From: a virus
Taxonomy: Duplodnaviria; Caudoviricetes
Direction: 5' to 3' (one strand)
Virus record (IMG/VR): IMGVR_UViG_3300029822_000026
Span: 1 to 40,422 of that record
DNA: 40,422 nt
The position numbers were made by a program, and so were the translations under genes. The notes below the pieces were generated by a model. It ran no database searches and was not told the DNA's origin. It saw only the letters and a program-made list of their open reading frames with translations. Below are positions 16,460 through 23,860 of the stretch, piece after piece (position 1 is the first letter of the stretch; each line of letters starts with the position of its first letter).

Positions 16460-16853
16460 TTCGAAAAATGTTGTAGCATACGAAGGCGGCTCTTTGCGCG
16501 AACGCGTCCCTGGTAGAGGTGTGTATTCATGCATGCCGGCATGCAGCTTACGACGCCTAGCTCAGCAGTATGAGTATGGTAAGCTAAAGTACGGTCGCAA
16601 TGGCGAAGCATATACGGATGGCCTTCCAGTGAAAGACTGCATCGACAGCATGTTCAGGCATTTGGTAGCATACCTCGATGGTGATAACACAGAAGATCAT
16701 ATGGCTGCTATTGCATGGGGTAGTTTCGCAGTAATGTTTATGGAGGAGCACAAACCGCAATTCCAGGATGTCGTAGGTCGTAAGCGACTAAGCGCAAAGA
16801 GAGGCGATTTCAATTACATCCAGAAGAGATTAAAGGATGGTAAGCTAATATGA
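16440..16853 (+). CDS. dATP/dGTP diphosphohydrolase-domain protein (DUF5664)
   Basis: YG..KYG.N, DS.FRHL, EDH.AAIAW. Start moved to ATG 16440 after GGAGGAG. Confidence 0.82.
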   Translation: MDHLERDSKNVVAYEGGSLRERVPGRGVYSCMPACSLRRLAQQYEYGKLKYGRNGEAYTDGLPVKDCIDSMFRHLVAYLDGDNTEDHMAAIAWGSFAVMFMEEHKPQFQDVVGRKRLSAKRGDFNYIQKRLKDGKLI

Positions 16854-17614
16854 TTAAAAGATTTCACGAAGCTCCAAAAAGCATCTTCAAAGACGTGCAG
16901 CTACTAACTGATGGAGATTATGCATTAGTGCATCTATTTGAGACTGACCCGGAATACTTCGACATGTTCAAAAAAGCAGTCGCGATGGGTCGTGAAGTAA
17001 TTCTCGATAACTCGATTTTCGAGCTCGGTGAGGCGTTCGAGTCAACTCGATTCGTTGATTGGGTACTGAAGTTGTTACCTACATGGTATATTGTTCCTGA
17101 CTGCTTAGACAATATGGAACAAACGATTTACAATATGGTGGATTTTGTTCTCAATTACGGGACCTTACCTAGTAAGCGAATCGGCGTGGTCCAGGGTAAG
17201 ACCGAACAAGAGTTACGTGAATGTTATCGTGCGCTGCATCCGTACTGTGACATGATTGCATTTAGCTTCAACTCGATTCCATTTGGAGAAACTGTGCAGC
17301 AGCAAGCCTTGGAACGTCCGAGATTCATATTCAGAATGGCAGCTGATGGCATCTTAGATCCTCATATGCCACATCACCTGTTGGGTTGCGCATTACCTCA
17401 AGAGATGCTTTCGTACAGACATCCATGCATCTATTCTATGGATACCAGTAATCCAGTGGTGCATGGATTGAAGGGTATTTCGTATAATCAGTATGGACTG
17501 GATCGAAAAGAAAGCGAGAAGCTTTGCGATCTGATTGATGCAGTACCAACACACCTAGAATGGCAAATTATCAGATATAACATAAGCGCCTTTAGGAGGT
17601 TCTGTAATGAGTAG
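16850..17614 (+). CDS. dpdA: TGT-fold 7-deazaguanine transglycosylase (DpdA-like, probably DpdA3 type)
   Basis: TGT-like motif series ILDNS.FE, VPD, GVVQG, HHLLG and SMDTS, supported by context (yhhQ, formyltransferase, dNTPases). Confidence 0.75.
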   Translation: MIKRFHEAPKSIFKDVQLLTDGDYALVHLFETDPEYFDMFKKAVAMGREVILDNSIFELGEAFESTRFVDWVLKLLPTWYIVPDCLDNMEQTIYNMVDFVLNYGTLPSKRIGVVQGKTEQELRECYRALHPYCDMIAFSFNSIPFGETVQQQALERPRFIFRMAADGILDPHMPHHLLGCALPQEMLSYRHPCIYSMDTSNPVVHGLKGISYNQYGLDRKESEKLCDLIDAVPTHLEWQIIRYNISAFRRFCNE

Positions 17615-18131
17615 ATGGATTGCGCTGTACTCACAGACTGGCGATGAATTGCGGAAATTGCAAAAGCTATTAAACGGAAGAGCGCCAGATATGGTACTGA
17701 CTACCAATCCAAAAAAATATGTAGATTGCACACGAACTGCGCGAGAGTTACACTATCAAGTTGAGGCAGTACTGTTGGAGCAACTGCGGCCTGGTGATAT
17801 TGTTACTCTGCATGGATATCTGTTCATACTAAGCGATAAGGTGTTATCTATTCCTGGCGTAAAGTTTTACAACGGCCATCCAGGACTAGTAACTCTGTAT
17901 CCTGAATTAAAAGGTAAAGATCCACAGCAAAAGATATTCAATAGTTTCTATCCAGTTGTTGGATGCATTATACATGAAGTTACCAGTGAAGTTGACTCCG
18001 GTCCTATTTTAATGACCTCTCAAATTACTGTAGATTTCGGATTTTATACGCGTTCGTTTGATCAAGTAATTAACGACATCAAATACATTTCACTCGGATT
18101 GTGGCGAGTATTTCTGGAAGGAGTATTATAA
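17607..18131 (+). CDS. PurN-like N10-formyl-THF formyltransferase (DpdN-like)
   Basis: TLHGYLFIL, NGHPG, ELKGKDP and IHEVTSEVDSGPIL carry the formyltransferase N/H/D catalytic residues. Overlaps the dpdA stop. Confidence 0.82.
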   Translation: MSRWIALYSQTGDELRKLQKLLNGRAPDMVLTTNPKKYVDCTRTARELHYQVEAVLLEQLRPGDIVTLHGYLFILSDKVLSIPGVKFYNGHPGLVTLYPELKGKDPQQKIFNSFYPVVGCIIHEVTSEVDSGPILMTSQITVDFGFYTRSFDQVINDIKYISLGLWRVFLEGVL

Positions 18132-20359
18132 TGCTTGAGAGATTAGTAAAGGCTGCAGCGCCTAATATGCCTAGAGACAGGCGAGTCGAATCCAGGCGAG
18201 ATCCTGCCATCTGGTATCAGATAGGTGGTATTATACCTACACTATTCGTTCCGCCCGAACACATCTTGCGCATGAACGTGATTGAATTAGACAGCTTTAT
18301 CGAAGCAGTCAATGCTTTTGCTAAAGCTGATCTGAGCGCTCCTAAGTACATTTGGGACAAATCAAAGCTCACTCTTGAAAATTACTCCGGGGAGGCTGCC
18401 GCAGTTGCGCTTCACGATCTCCGCAATCTCTTGCTGAAACGCGATCCAGAAGATCGCATAATTGCATGCGATATTGAAACGAGGCGAATTGAATGGGAAG
18501 ATAACTATCTGTTGGCTATTGGGTTTGCATATGAAGACAATGCTTGCTTAGCTATTCATAGATTGCAAAATAATAAAATGCAAATGGATGAGCAAGTTCG
18601 TGAAGCGGTACAAGAATTCTTATTAGAACCAAGCTTTACATTTATTTGGCATAACGGTAAGTTCGACTGTGGTCGTCTTAAATATTTATGCAATATCGAT
18701 GCTAGAGTTGATGAAGATACGATGCTACAACATTATGCTCAAATCAATGAGCGTAGAGGTACTCATAGCTTAAAGCAGCTTGGACCTCTTTACCTACAGG
18801 CTCCTCATTGGGAAGAAGAGTTAGAGGCGTTAAAAAAGAGTTGGTGTAAAGCTCATAAGCTCAAACTTGAAGAGTTTATGTATGATTATGTTCCGCTCTC
18901 TCAATTGGTACCATACATGCAGATGGATTGCATTGCAACTCGAAGATTATGGTCGCTATTTAAGCAATTAGCTCGACCGGATTCAGAATTTATTTATCGC
19001 AAGCTAATTGAAGCTTCAAATGTGTATAAGCAAGTTGAGTTAAACGGTCAGCGACTCGATTTTGATTATATGGAAGATCTAGAATACGAGTTGGATTGTA
19101 ATATTCAAGCAGCTACAAAAAAGCTGAATGAGGTATCTGCTAAGGTTTGGAATCCTAGACTGTATCAACAAATGACAGGTGCACGAACGGTACCTAACGA
19201 ATTTAATCCTAAATCTCCAAAGCAGCTTAAATGGATGCTAGAAGAGGTTCTGGGACATAGTATACCATCAACAGATCAAAATCAGATGGCATACTTACTT
19301 GAACAGATGGAAGCAGGACGCATTACTAATCCTCTGGCAAAAGAATTCTTAGAAAGCATCGGCGAACTGCGTAAGTACACAAAGTATATGGATACCTTTG
19401 TTCAAGGCATGCGAGAGGTGGTATGTCGAGATCACCGTATTCGTTGCGTATTTAATTTGCATGGAACCGAAACCGGTAGGCTATCATCGTCTTCTCCCAA
19501 CATGCAAAACATTCCTCGCAATAAGACCATTAGAAATTTACTAGTTGCAACACCTGGATATAAATTACTACAATTGGATTATAGCCAAGCTGAATTGCGA
19601 GTACTTGCGATGTTATCAGACGATGATCACTTAATTCAGATATACACTGATGGTAAAGATTTGCATGATGCGATAGCGGAAAGCATGTTCGGACCAAACT
19701 TTGATAAAGAACAGAGAAATCTAGCTAAGACAATCAATTTTGGGATTGCATATGGTCGAGGTCCGAGTTCAATTTCTGAAAAATTTGGCAAGTCAATTGC
19801 GGAATCTAAAGAGATAATCGCAAAGTGGTTCGCGCCAATGCCTAAGGTTAAGTTCTATTTAGATGAGAGACGTCGAATGGCGTTGAAGGGAGAACCCTGT
19901 ACAACGCCGCTGGGTCGTTCTCGACATTTTGTGATTACATCCGAGGATATGAATCACATTCAAAACGAATATATAAACACACCAATCCAGTCACTTGCAT
20001 CTGACTTTACTATGCTCTCACTTTTAGAGATAGCAAAGTATCTTGATCAACTTGAGCCAGGCACTGCTCGTATTACCACTAATGTACATGATTCAATTAT
20101 GTTAGAGGTACGTGATGGCGATGAGGAGTTGTTAAAAGGTATTGCTCGAAAGTGTGTAGAAGTAATGAAAGAAACTCCCCAGCAGTTAATGGCAGGATTT
20201 ATAAAACCATTTTATACCACGCTTACGCTTCCCGGTGCACGGGAGCAAGCGAGACAAAAATGGCTAGAAAATCCTCAAGTAATCGGATGCAGAGTACCAT
20301 TCAAAGCTGACGTTGAAGTTGGATACAAGTGGGGAGAATTAGAAAAACTAGCGCTATGA
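18131..20359 (+). CDS. polA: Family A DNA polymerase with 3'-5' exonuclease
   Basis: Exo motifs DIET, HNGKFD and YMQMD. Polymerase motifs TGRLSS..PNMQNIP, DYSQAELR (A), R..AKTINFGIAYG (B) and VHDS (C). Start at ATG 18131. Confidence 0.96.
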   Translation: MLERLVKAAAPNMPRDRRVESRRDPAIWYQIGGIIPTLFVPPEHILRMNVIELDSFIEAVNAFAKADLSAPKYIWDKSKLTLENYSGEAAAVALHDLRNLLLKRDPEDRIIACDIETRRIEWEDNYLLAIGFAYEDNACLAIHRLQNNKMQMDEQVREAVQEFLLEPSFTFIWHNGKFDCGRLKYLCNIDARVDEDTMLQHYAQINERRGTHSLKQLGPLYLQAPHWEEELEALKKSWCKAHKLKLEEFMYDYVPLSQLVPYMQMDCIATRRLWSLFKQLARPDSEFIYRKLIEASNVYKQVELNGQRLDFDYMEDLEYELDCNIQAATKKLNEVSAKVWNPRLYQQMTGARTVPNEFNPKSPKQLKWMLEEVLGHSIPSTDQNQMAYLLEQMEAGRITNPLAKEFLESIGELRKYTKYMDTFVQGMREVVCRDHRIRCVFNLHGTETGRLSSSSPNMQNIPRNKTIRNLLVATPGYKLLQLDYSQAELRVLAMLSDDDHLIQIYTDGKDLHDAIAESMFGPNFDKEQRNLAKTINFGIAYGRGPSSISEKFGKSIAESKEIIAKWFAPMPKVKFYLDERRRMALKGEPCTTPLGRSRHFVITSEDMNHIQNEYINTPIQSLASDFTMLSLLEIAKYLDQLEPGTARITTNVHDSIMLEVRDGDEELLKGIARKCVEVMKETPQQLMAGFIKPFYTTLTLPGAREQARQKWLENPQVIGCRVPFKADVEVGYKWGELEKLAL

Positions 20360-21879
20360 AAATTTTAGAGCATGGTAAAAAATTCTTATGTACTCCAGAG
20401 TGCGATGATGATACCTTCGTGCTAACTGGATTATGCCTGCAGGGAAAAAAGCATCCTAATGGTAGTTATAGCGTTCCAGATTTACTTGTAAATCGGGTGG
20501 CTCTAGAACAGGCGATTTCTATTCCGCAACCCCCGCAAGTTTCGCGGGGGATTGCGGAAATAGTTCCCGAAGGGCATTTTTTACGGGATTACCAGATTAG
20601 GGATCACGAGAAGCTTATTCAGTTACGCGCCTCGCTTAACGCCAATAGACCTGGATATGGTAAAACTATTGAAGCGTTGTTGTATGCTAAGGCTATAGGT
20701 GCAGAACGAGTCCTCGCTTTATGTCCGAAAATTGCCAGATTACAATGGAGTAATCAAGCTAGTAATTGGCAGTTAGGATTATCATCTGAGATTGCTTCTA
20801 GGTTGCCTCAGTATCAGAAATCGAGACTAGCTATTGATAATCTTGAGCAGCTTTATAATGACAAGGTGTTTCAGCTGTATAAGGGGACGCATTGGGATTT
20901 GCTGATTGTAGATGAGATTCATCGCATCAAAACTGGCGGCAAGCGAGCGGCTCAAATTACTACGCGAGTAAAAAGTTTACCTGGAGTCTGCCGTATGGGC
21001 TTGACTGGCTCTCCAATTTTAGACAGGCCAAGTGATTTATGGTCAATTTGTGATTTCTTAAATCCGTGGTATTTTGGTTCTAGTTTTAGATCTTTTCAAG
21101 AGCGGTTTTGTGAATTAGAGCAGAACTACTATGGTTCTCGCTTCAGAGGCTTGCATCCTGATTTAAGAGTTCAGCAGCTGTTGAAAACTACCCTAGAGTT
21201 ATTCACGGTACGCAATCCTAAGAACCTTGTTGGTTGTGGAATGTTAGAGCAGAATGTCATCCTGGAAATGGCGCCAAAGCAGCGTAAGGTTTATAACGCC
21301 ATTGCACAGCTCGCATTTAAGGAGCTTGATAGATTAGGAATTACAGTAGCAAATGCCATGGCACAAGGCATAAGACTACAACAGGTTACGTCTAATCCCG
21401 GTAAGTTTGATCTGGATGCTAATCCTAAGTTTGATTGGATTGAGGATTTTCTATCTGACTCGCAAGAGAAGCTGGTTGTGTTTAGTAATTTTCGAGAGAC
21501 AATTCTAGCATTAAACCAGACACTAGGAGCGCAGGTGAGTACTATTCATGGCGGTATCCGAACGCGTGATAGAGAATTTTCAAAAGAGCGATTTATAGAA
21601 GATCCCAATTGCAAAGTACTAACCGGGACTATTGGTGCTATGGGTGAATCACTGGATGGCTTGCAACAGGTATGCCATGATGTGGTACTAATAGATAGGA
21701 GCTGGTCACCGGAAGTAAATGAACAAGCAATTGATAGAGTCGCACGCTTTGGACAAGAATCGTTTGTCAATGTTTATAATTTAGTTATGAACAAATCTAT
21801 AGACCAAAAAGTAGGAAAGGTAGTGTTTGAGAAGGCGGAAGATATTAGGAGAATATTTGAAGATGATTTTGGTATTTGA
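20356..21879 (+). CDS. SNF2-family helicase/ATPase
   Basis: PGYGKT, DEIH, LTGSP, WSP...QAIDRVARFGQ. ATGA overlap with polA. Confidence 0.9.
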   Translation: MKILEHGKKFLCTPECDDDTFVLTGLCLQGKKHPNGSYSVPDLLVNRVALEQAISIPQPPQVSRGIAEIVPEGHFLRDYQIRDHEKLIQLRASLNANRPGYGKTIEALLYAKAIGAERVLALCPKIARLQWSNQASNWQLGLSSEIASRLPQYQKSRLAIDNLEQLYNDKVFQLYKGTHWDLLIVDEIHRIKTGGKRAAQITTRVKSLPGVCRMGLTGSPILDRPSDLWSICDFLNPWYFGSSFRSFQERFCELEQNYYGSRFRGLHPDLRVQQLLKTTLELFTVRNPKNLVGCGMLEQNVILEMAPKQRKVYNAIAQLAFKELDRLGITVANAMAQGIRLQQVTSNPGKFDLDANPKFDWIEDFLSDSQEKLVVFSNFRETILALNQTLGAQVSTIHGGIRTRDREFSKERFIEDPNCKVLTGTIGAMGESLDGLQQVCHDVVLIDRSWSPEVNEQAIDRVARFGQESFVNVYNLVMNKSIDQKVGKVVFEKAEDIRRIFEDDFGI

Positions 21880-22258
21880 TCCTGGAGAGAGCACAGGTTG
21901 GGTTAATTGGGATCCTAATAGATTGCTACTAGGAGGCACCTGTGGAAAAAATCACACAGAGGTTGCTAGAAAGATAGAGTTATATCGACCAAAGGTTATT
22001 GTCTTAGAACGATTTAATCTCTATCCTAGCATGGCTAAAAGTTTAGTTTGGAACAGCTTTTACCCATGCGAGGTAATTGGAGTACTTAGATATCTAGCAT
22101 GTGTATACCAAGCGAAACTTGTCGAGCAAGCTCCCAGCGTGAAGAAGTTCAGCGGTGGATTAGACGAGGATTGGGTTGGTCTGCGAAGGAGGTGTGAGGT
22201 AAGTGAGCACACAAAAGATGCATTTTTGCACTTAAAATACTATCTACGGAACCACTAA
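21863..22258 (+). CDS. RuvC-like Holliday junction resolvase
   Basis: ILVFDPGESTG, IVLERF and H.KDA form an RNase H-fold acidic pattern. Confidence 0.75.
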   Translation: MILVFDPGESTGWVNWDPNRLLLGGTCGKNHTEVARKIELYRPKVIVLERFNLYPSMAKSLVWNSFYPCEVIGVLRYLACVYQAKLVEQAPSVKKFSGGLDEDWVGLRRRCEVSEHTKDAFLHLKYYLRNH

Positions 22259-22272
22259 CGGAGGAGGCAGTT

Positions 22273-22383
22273 ATGAGAATCTGGAATTACTTAAAGCGAC
22301 GGTGTGTACAGAGTACAGCTTTTTGCTATGTGTTACTTTTGATAGTCGTAGCACTGATGTGCTTAATAGCATTCTATAAATAA
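22273..22383 (+). CDS. Small single-pass membrane protein (36 aa)
   Basis: GGAGGAGG RBS. Reads MRIWNYLKRRCVQSTAFCYVLLLIVVALMCLIAFYK. Confidence 0.55.
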   Translation: MRIWNYLKRRCVQSTAFCYVLLLIVVALMCLIAFYK

Positions 22384-22391
22384 CAGAACAG

Positions 22392-22423
22392 ATACCTCAG
22401 CTAGTCTGAGGTATTTTTTTTTT
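22392..22423 (+). terminator. Intrinsic terminator ending the replication operon
   Basis: ATACCTCAG-ctagt-CTGAGGTAT followed by a long T run. Confidence 0.9.
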
Positions 22424-22434
22424 ACAGAAACTAG

Positions 22435-22463
22435 TTGCACTTTGTTTCAGTTTACTATATAAT
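22435..22463 (+). promoter_or_regulatory. sigmaA-type promoter for a small accessory operon
   Basis: TTGCAC (22435-22440), 17-bp spacer, TATAAT (22458-22463). Confidence 0.8.
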
Positions 22464-22492
22464 ATAAGTATAAAGAGAAGGAGGTAAGCACA

Positions 22493-22678
22493 ATGAAGAA
22501 GCAGGAGGGAAAGACCATGACCAGAGCCGATGAGCTGAGAATCAAGCTAGAGCAAATCAGAGCAGCCAACGCAGCAAAGGCCGCCGACAAGGCGACCGCA
22601 ACCTATTATAGTAACCTGGGCATCAGCTACACCAACGCCGGCAGGATGTACGACAGGCGCGGGAACGAAATTAAATAG
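22493..22678 (+). CDS. Small hypothetical protein (alternative start 22517)
   Basis: Two in-frame ATGs, each with a strong RBS (AAGGAGGT; CAGGAGGG). Confidence 0.65.
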   Translation: MKKQEGKTMTRADELRIKLEQIRAANAAKAADKATATYYSNLGISYTNAGRMYDRRGNEIK

Positions 22679-22680
22679 CC

Positions 22681-22992
22681 GCCGCCAGTACCCACACCAG
22701 CGACGACACCACCACCAAAACAGGAGGGAAAGAACAATGAAATCGGCAATGAACGAATTGTGGGCAAACCTATATTTACAGAATCATGCAGAGATTAACG
22801 GCAGAAAAGTTTTTCACTATCTTATTCAAACGGCAATTGGAAACATTAGCATTGTTGAGTATGAAGAGCCATCAAAGCAACTCAAGCGTTTTATGTACGG
22901 GGAAGATTACGAAGCCGCCGAGCGAAAATTCAAAGCCTGCTGTAAGTGGGTGATGATGGGGAAATAAGCCGCCAGTACCCACACCAGCGACG
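22681..22992 (+). repeat. 25-bp direct repeat pair GCCGCCAGTACCCACACCAGCGACG (22681-22705; 22968-22992)
   Basis: Identical copies, each just after a stop codon. Confidence 0.9.
22737..22967 (+). CDS. Small hypothetical protein flanked by direct repeats
   Basis: CAGGAGGG RBS, 76 aa. Confidence 0.7.
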   Translation: MKSAMNELWANLYLQNHAEINGRKVFHYLIQTAIGNISIVEYEEPSKQLKRFMYGEDYEAAERKFKACCKWVMMGK

Positions 22993-23027
22993 GCCAGCAA
23001 CCCGGACGAATGAAAGGAGCATAAACA

Positions 23028-23260
23028 ATGAAAAGAATCCAGTGGACAGAGGATGAATTGCAATCAATCAACCTGCAATGAATGCCCTCTTAAAGCTTAC
23101 GGATAGAGCGGATCGCGATTTCGAGATCGATGTGAAGTTAGGAGTGTTAAAGGGAGAAAGGTTAGAACGGGAAGCAGCGATTCTGAAGATGATGCGTTTA
23201 ACTTTCGAAAATGAGGCAAGGAGACACGAAGCATTCAAAGCAGAACTTAAGGCACTGTAA
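23028..23260 (+). pseudogene. Small gene apparently split by a 1-nt frameshift (17-aa + 60-aa parts)
   Basis: AAAGGAG RBS precedes ATG 23028. That frame stops at 23081, overlapping the RBS-less ATG 23078. The offset is 50 nt. Confidence 0.45.
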
Positions 23261-23262
23261 GA

Positions 23263-23293
23263 TAAAAAAAAGAGGCCATCAGGCCTCTTTTTA
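23263..23293. terminator. Bidirectional intrinsic terminator at the convergence of the two genome arms
   Basis: A-run-GAGGCC-atca-GGCCTC-T-run. Confidence 0.9.
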
Positions 23294-23300
23294 TGTACAA

Positions 23301-23573
23301 TTATTTTCCGCTCAAACGTTGCACACCGGAGTAACCACCGTTGGCTGCGAGGGAAACCACAACAGCGTTAACAACGGCCAGTGCACCTGCTTCCCAGGTT
23401 AGCTGGCCCGTGAAGAATGTAGCCAGCAGAAGGATAATCAGTGCAATGAAGTAGCTGAGAATTTGCGTAGGAAGCTTTGCAAATATCCCCTTCAACCATT
23501 GCGTAATTAAACCTGTGGCGATAGTTGCGCCTGCATAGGTAGCCAGCAGCGCCCAGCTGAAAAAGTCATCCAT
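23301..23573 (-). CDS. Holin
   Basis: 90 aa with 2-3 hydrophobic helices. Last gene of the lysis cassette. Confidence 0.8.
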   Translation of the reverse strand: MDDFFSWALLATYAGATIATGLITQWLKGIFAKLPTQILSYFIALIILLLATFFTGQLTWEAGALAVVNAVVVSLAANGGYSGVQRLSGK

Positions 23574-23856
23574 GATTAGGTACCTCCCCTTTTTCTAAAC
23601 GGTCGATGCGTTTGTGAGCGAGGTCTACGCGTTCCTTAACGCCAGCAACACACACCGATAGTTCATCTAATTTCTGATCTTGACCTTTCATTTCGCCTTT
23701 GATCTCGTCGATACCTTTTCTGATATATTTTAAGTCTGTTTTTAACACCCCTTCCTCTACGCCCTCCTCTTTGATCGATCGAGTTTTTGCGGACCAGCCT
23801 AGAATAATGCCGCTTACTCCTGCCAGGATACCAACCACTACGCCAATCCATTCCAT
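23566..23856 (-). CDS. Holin-associated membrane/coiled-coil protein (XhlA-like)
   Basis: N-terminal TM helix plus coiled coil ending AHKRIDRLE. Confidence 0.7.
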   Translation of the reverse strand: MEWIGVVVGILAGVSGIILGWSAKTRSIKEEGVEEGVLKTDLKYIRKGIDEIKGEMKGQDQKLDELSVCVAGVKERVDLAHKRIDRLEKGEVPNHG

Positions 23857-23860
23857 ACAC

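Noticed and set aside
16440-16853. 2-aminoadenine (Z-genome) pathway
   Set aside because: No PurZ/adenylosuccinate-synthetase homologue is visible. The neighbours indicate deazaguanine chemistry.
17607-18131. purN as an auxiliary purine-biosynthesis gene
   Set aside because: The N-terminus lacks the canonical SGxGSN GAR-binding loop (SQTGDE here), no other pur genes are present, and it is coupled to the TGT-like gene.
22681-22992. CRISPR mini-array
   Set aside because: Only two repeats, separated by 262 bp containing a gene. The Cas4-like gene is a typical phage recombination nuclease.
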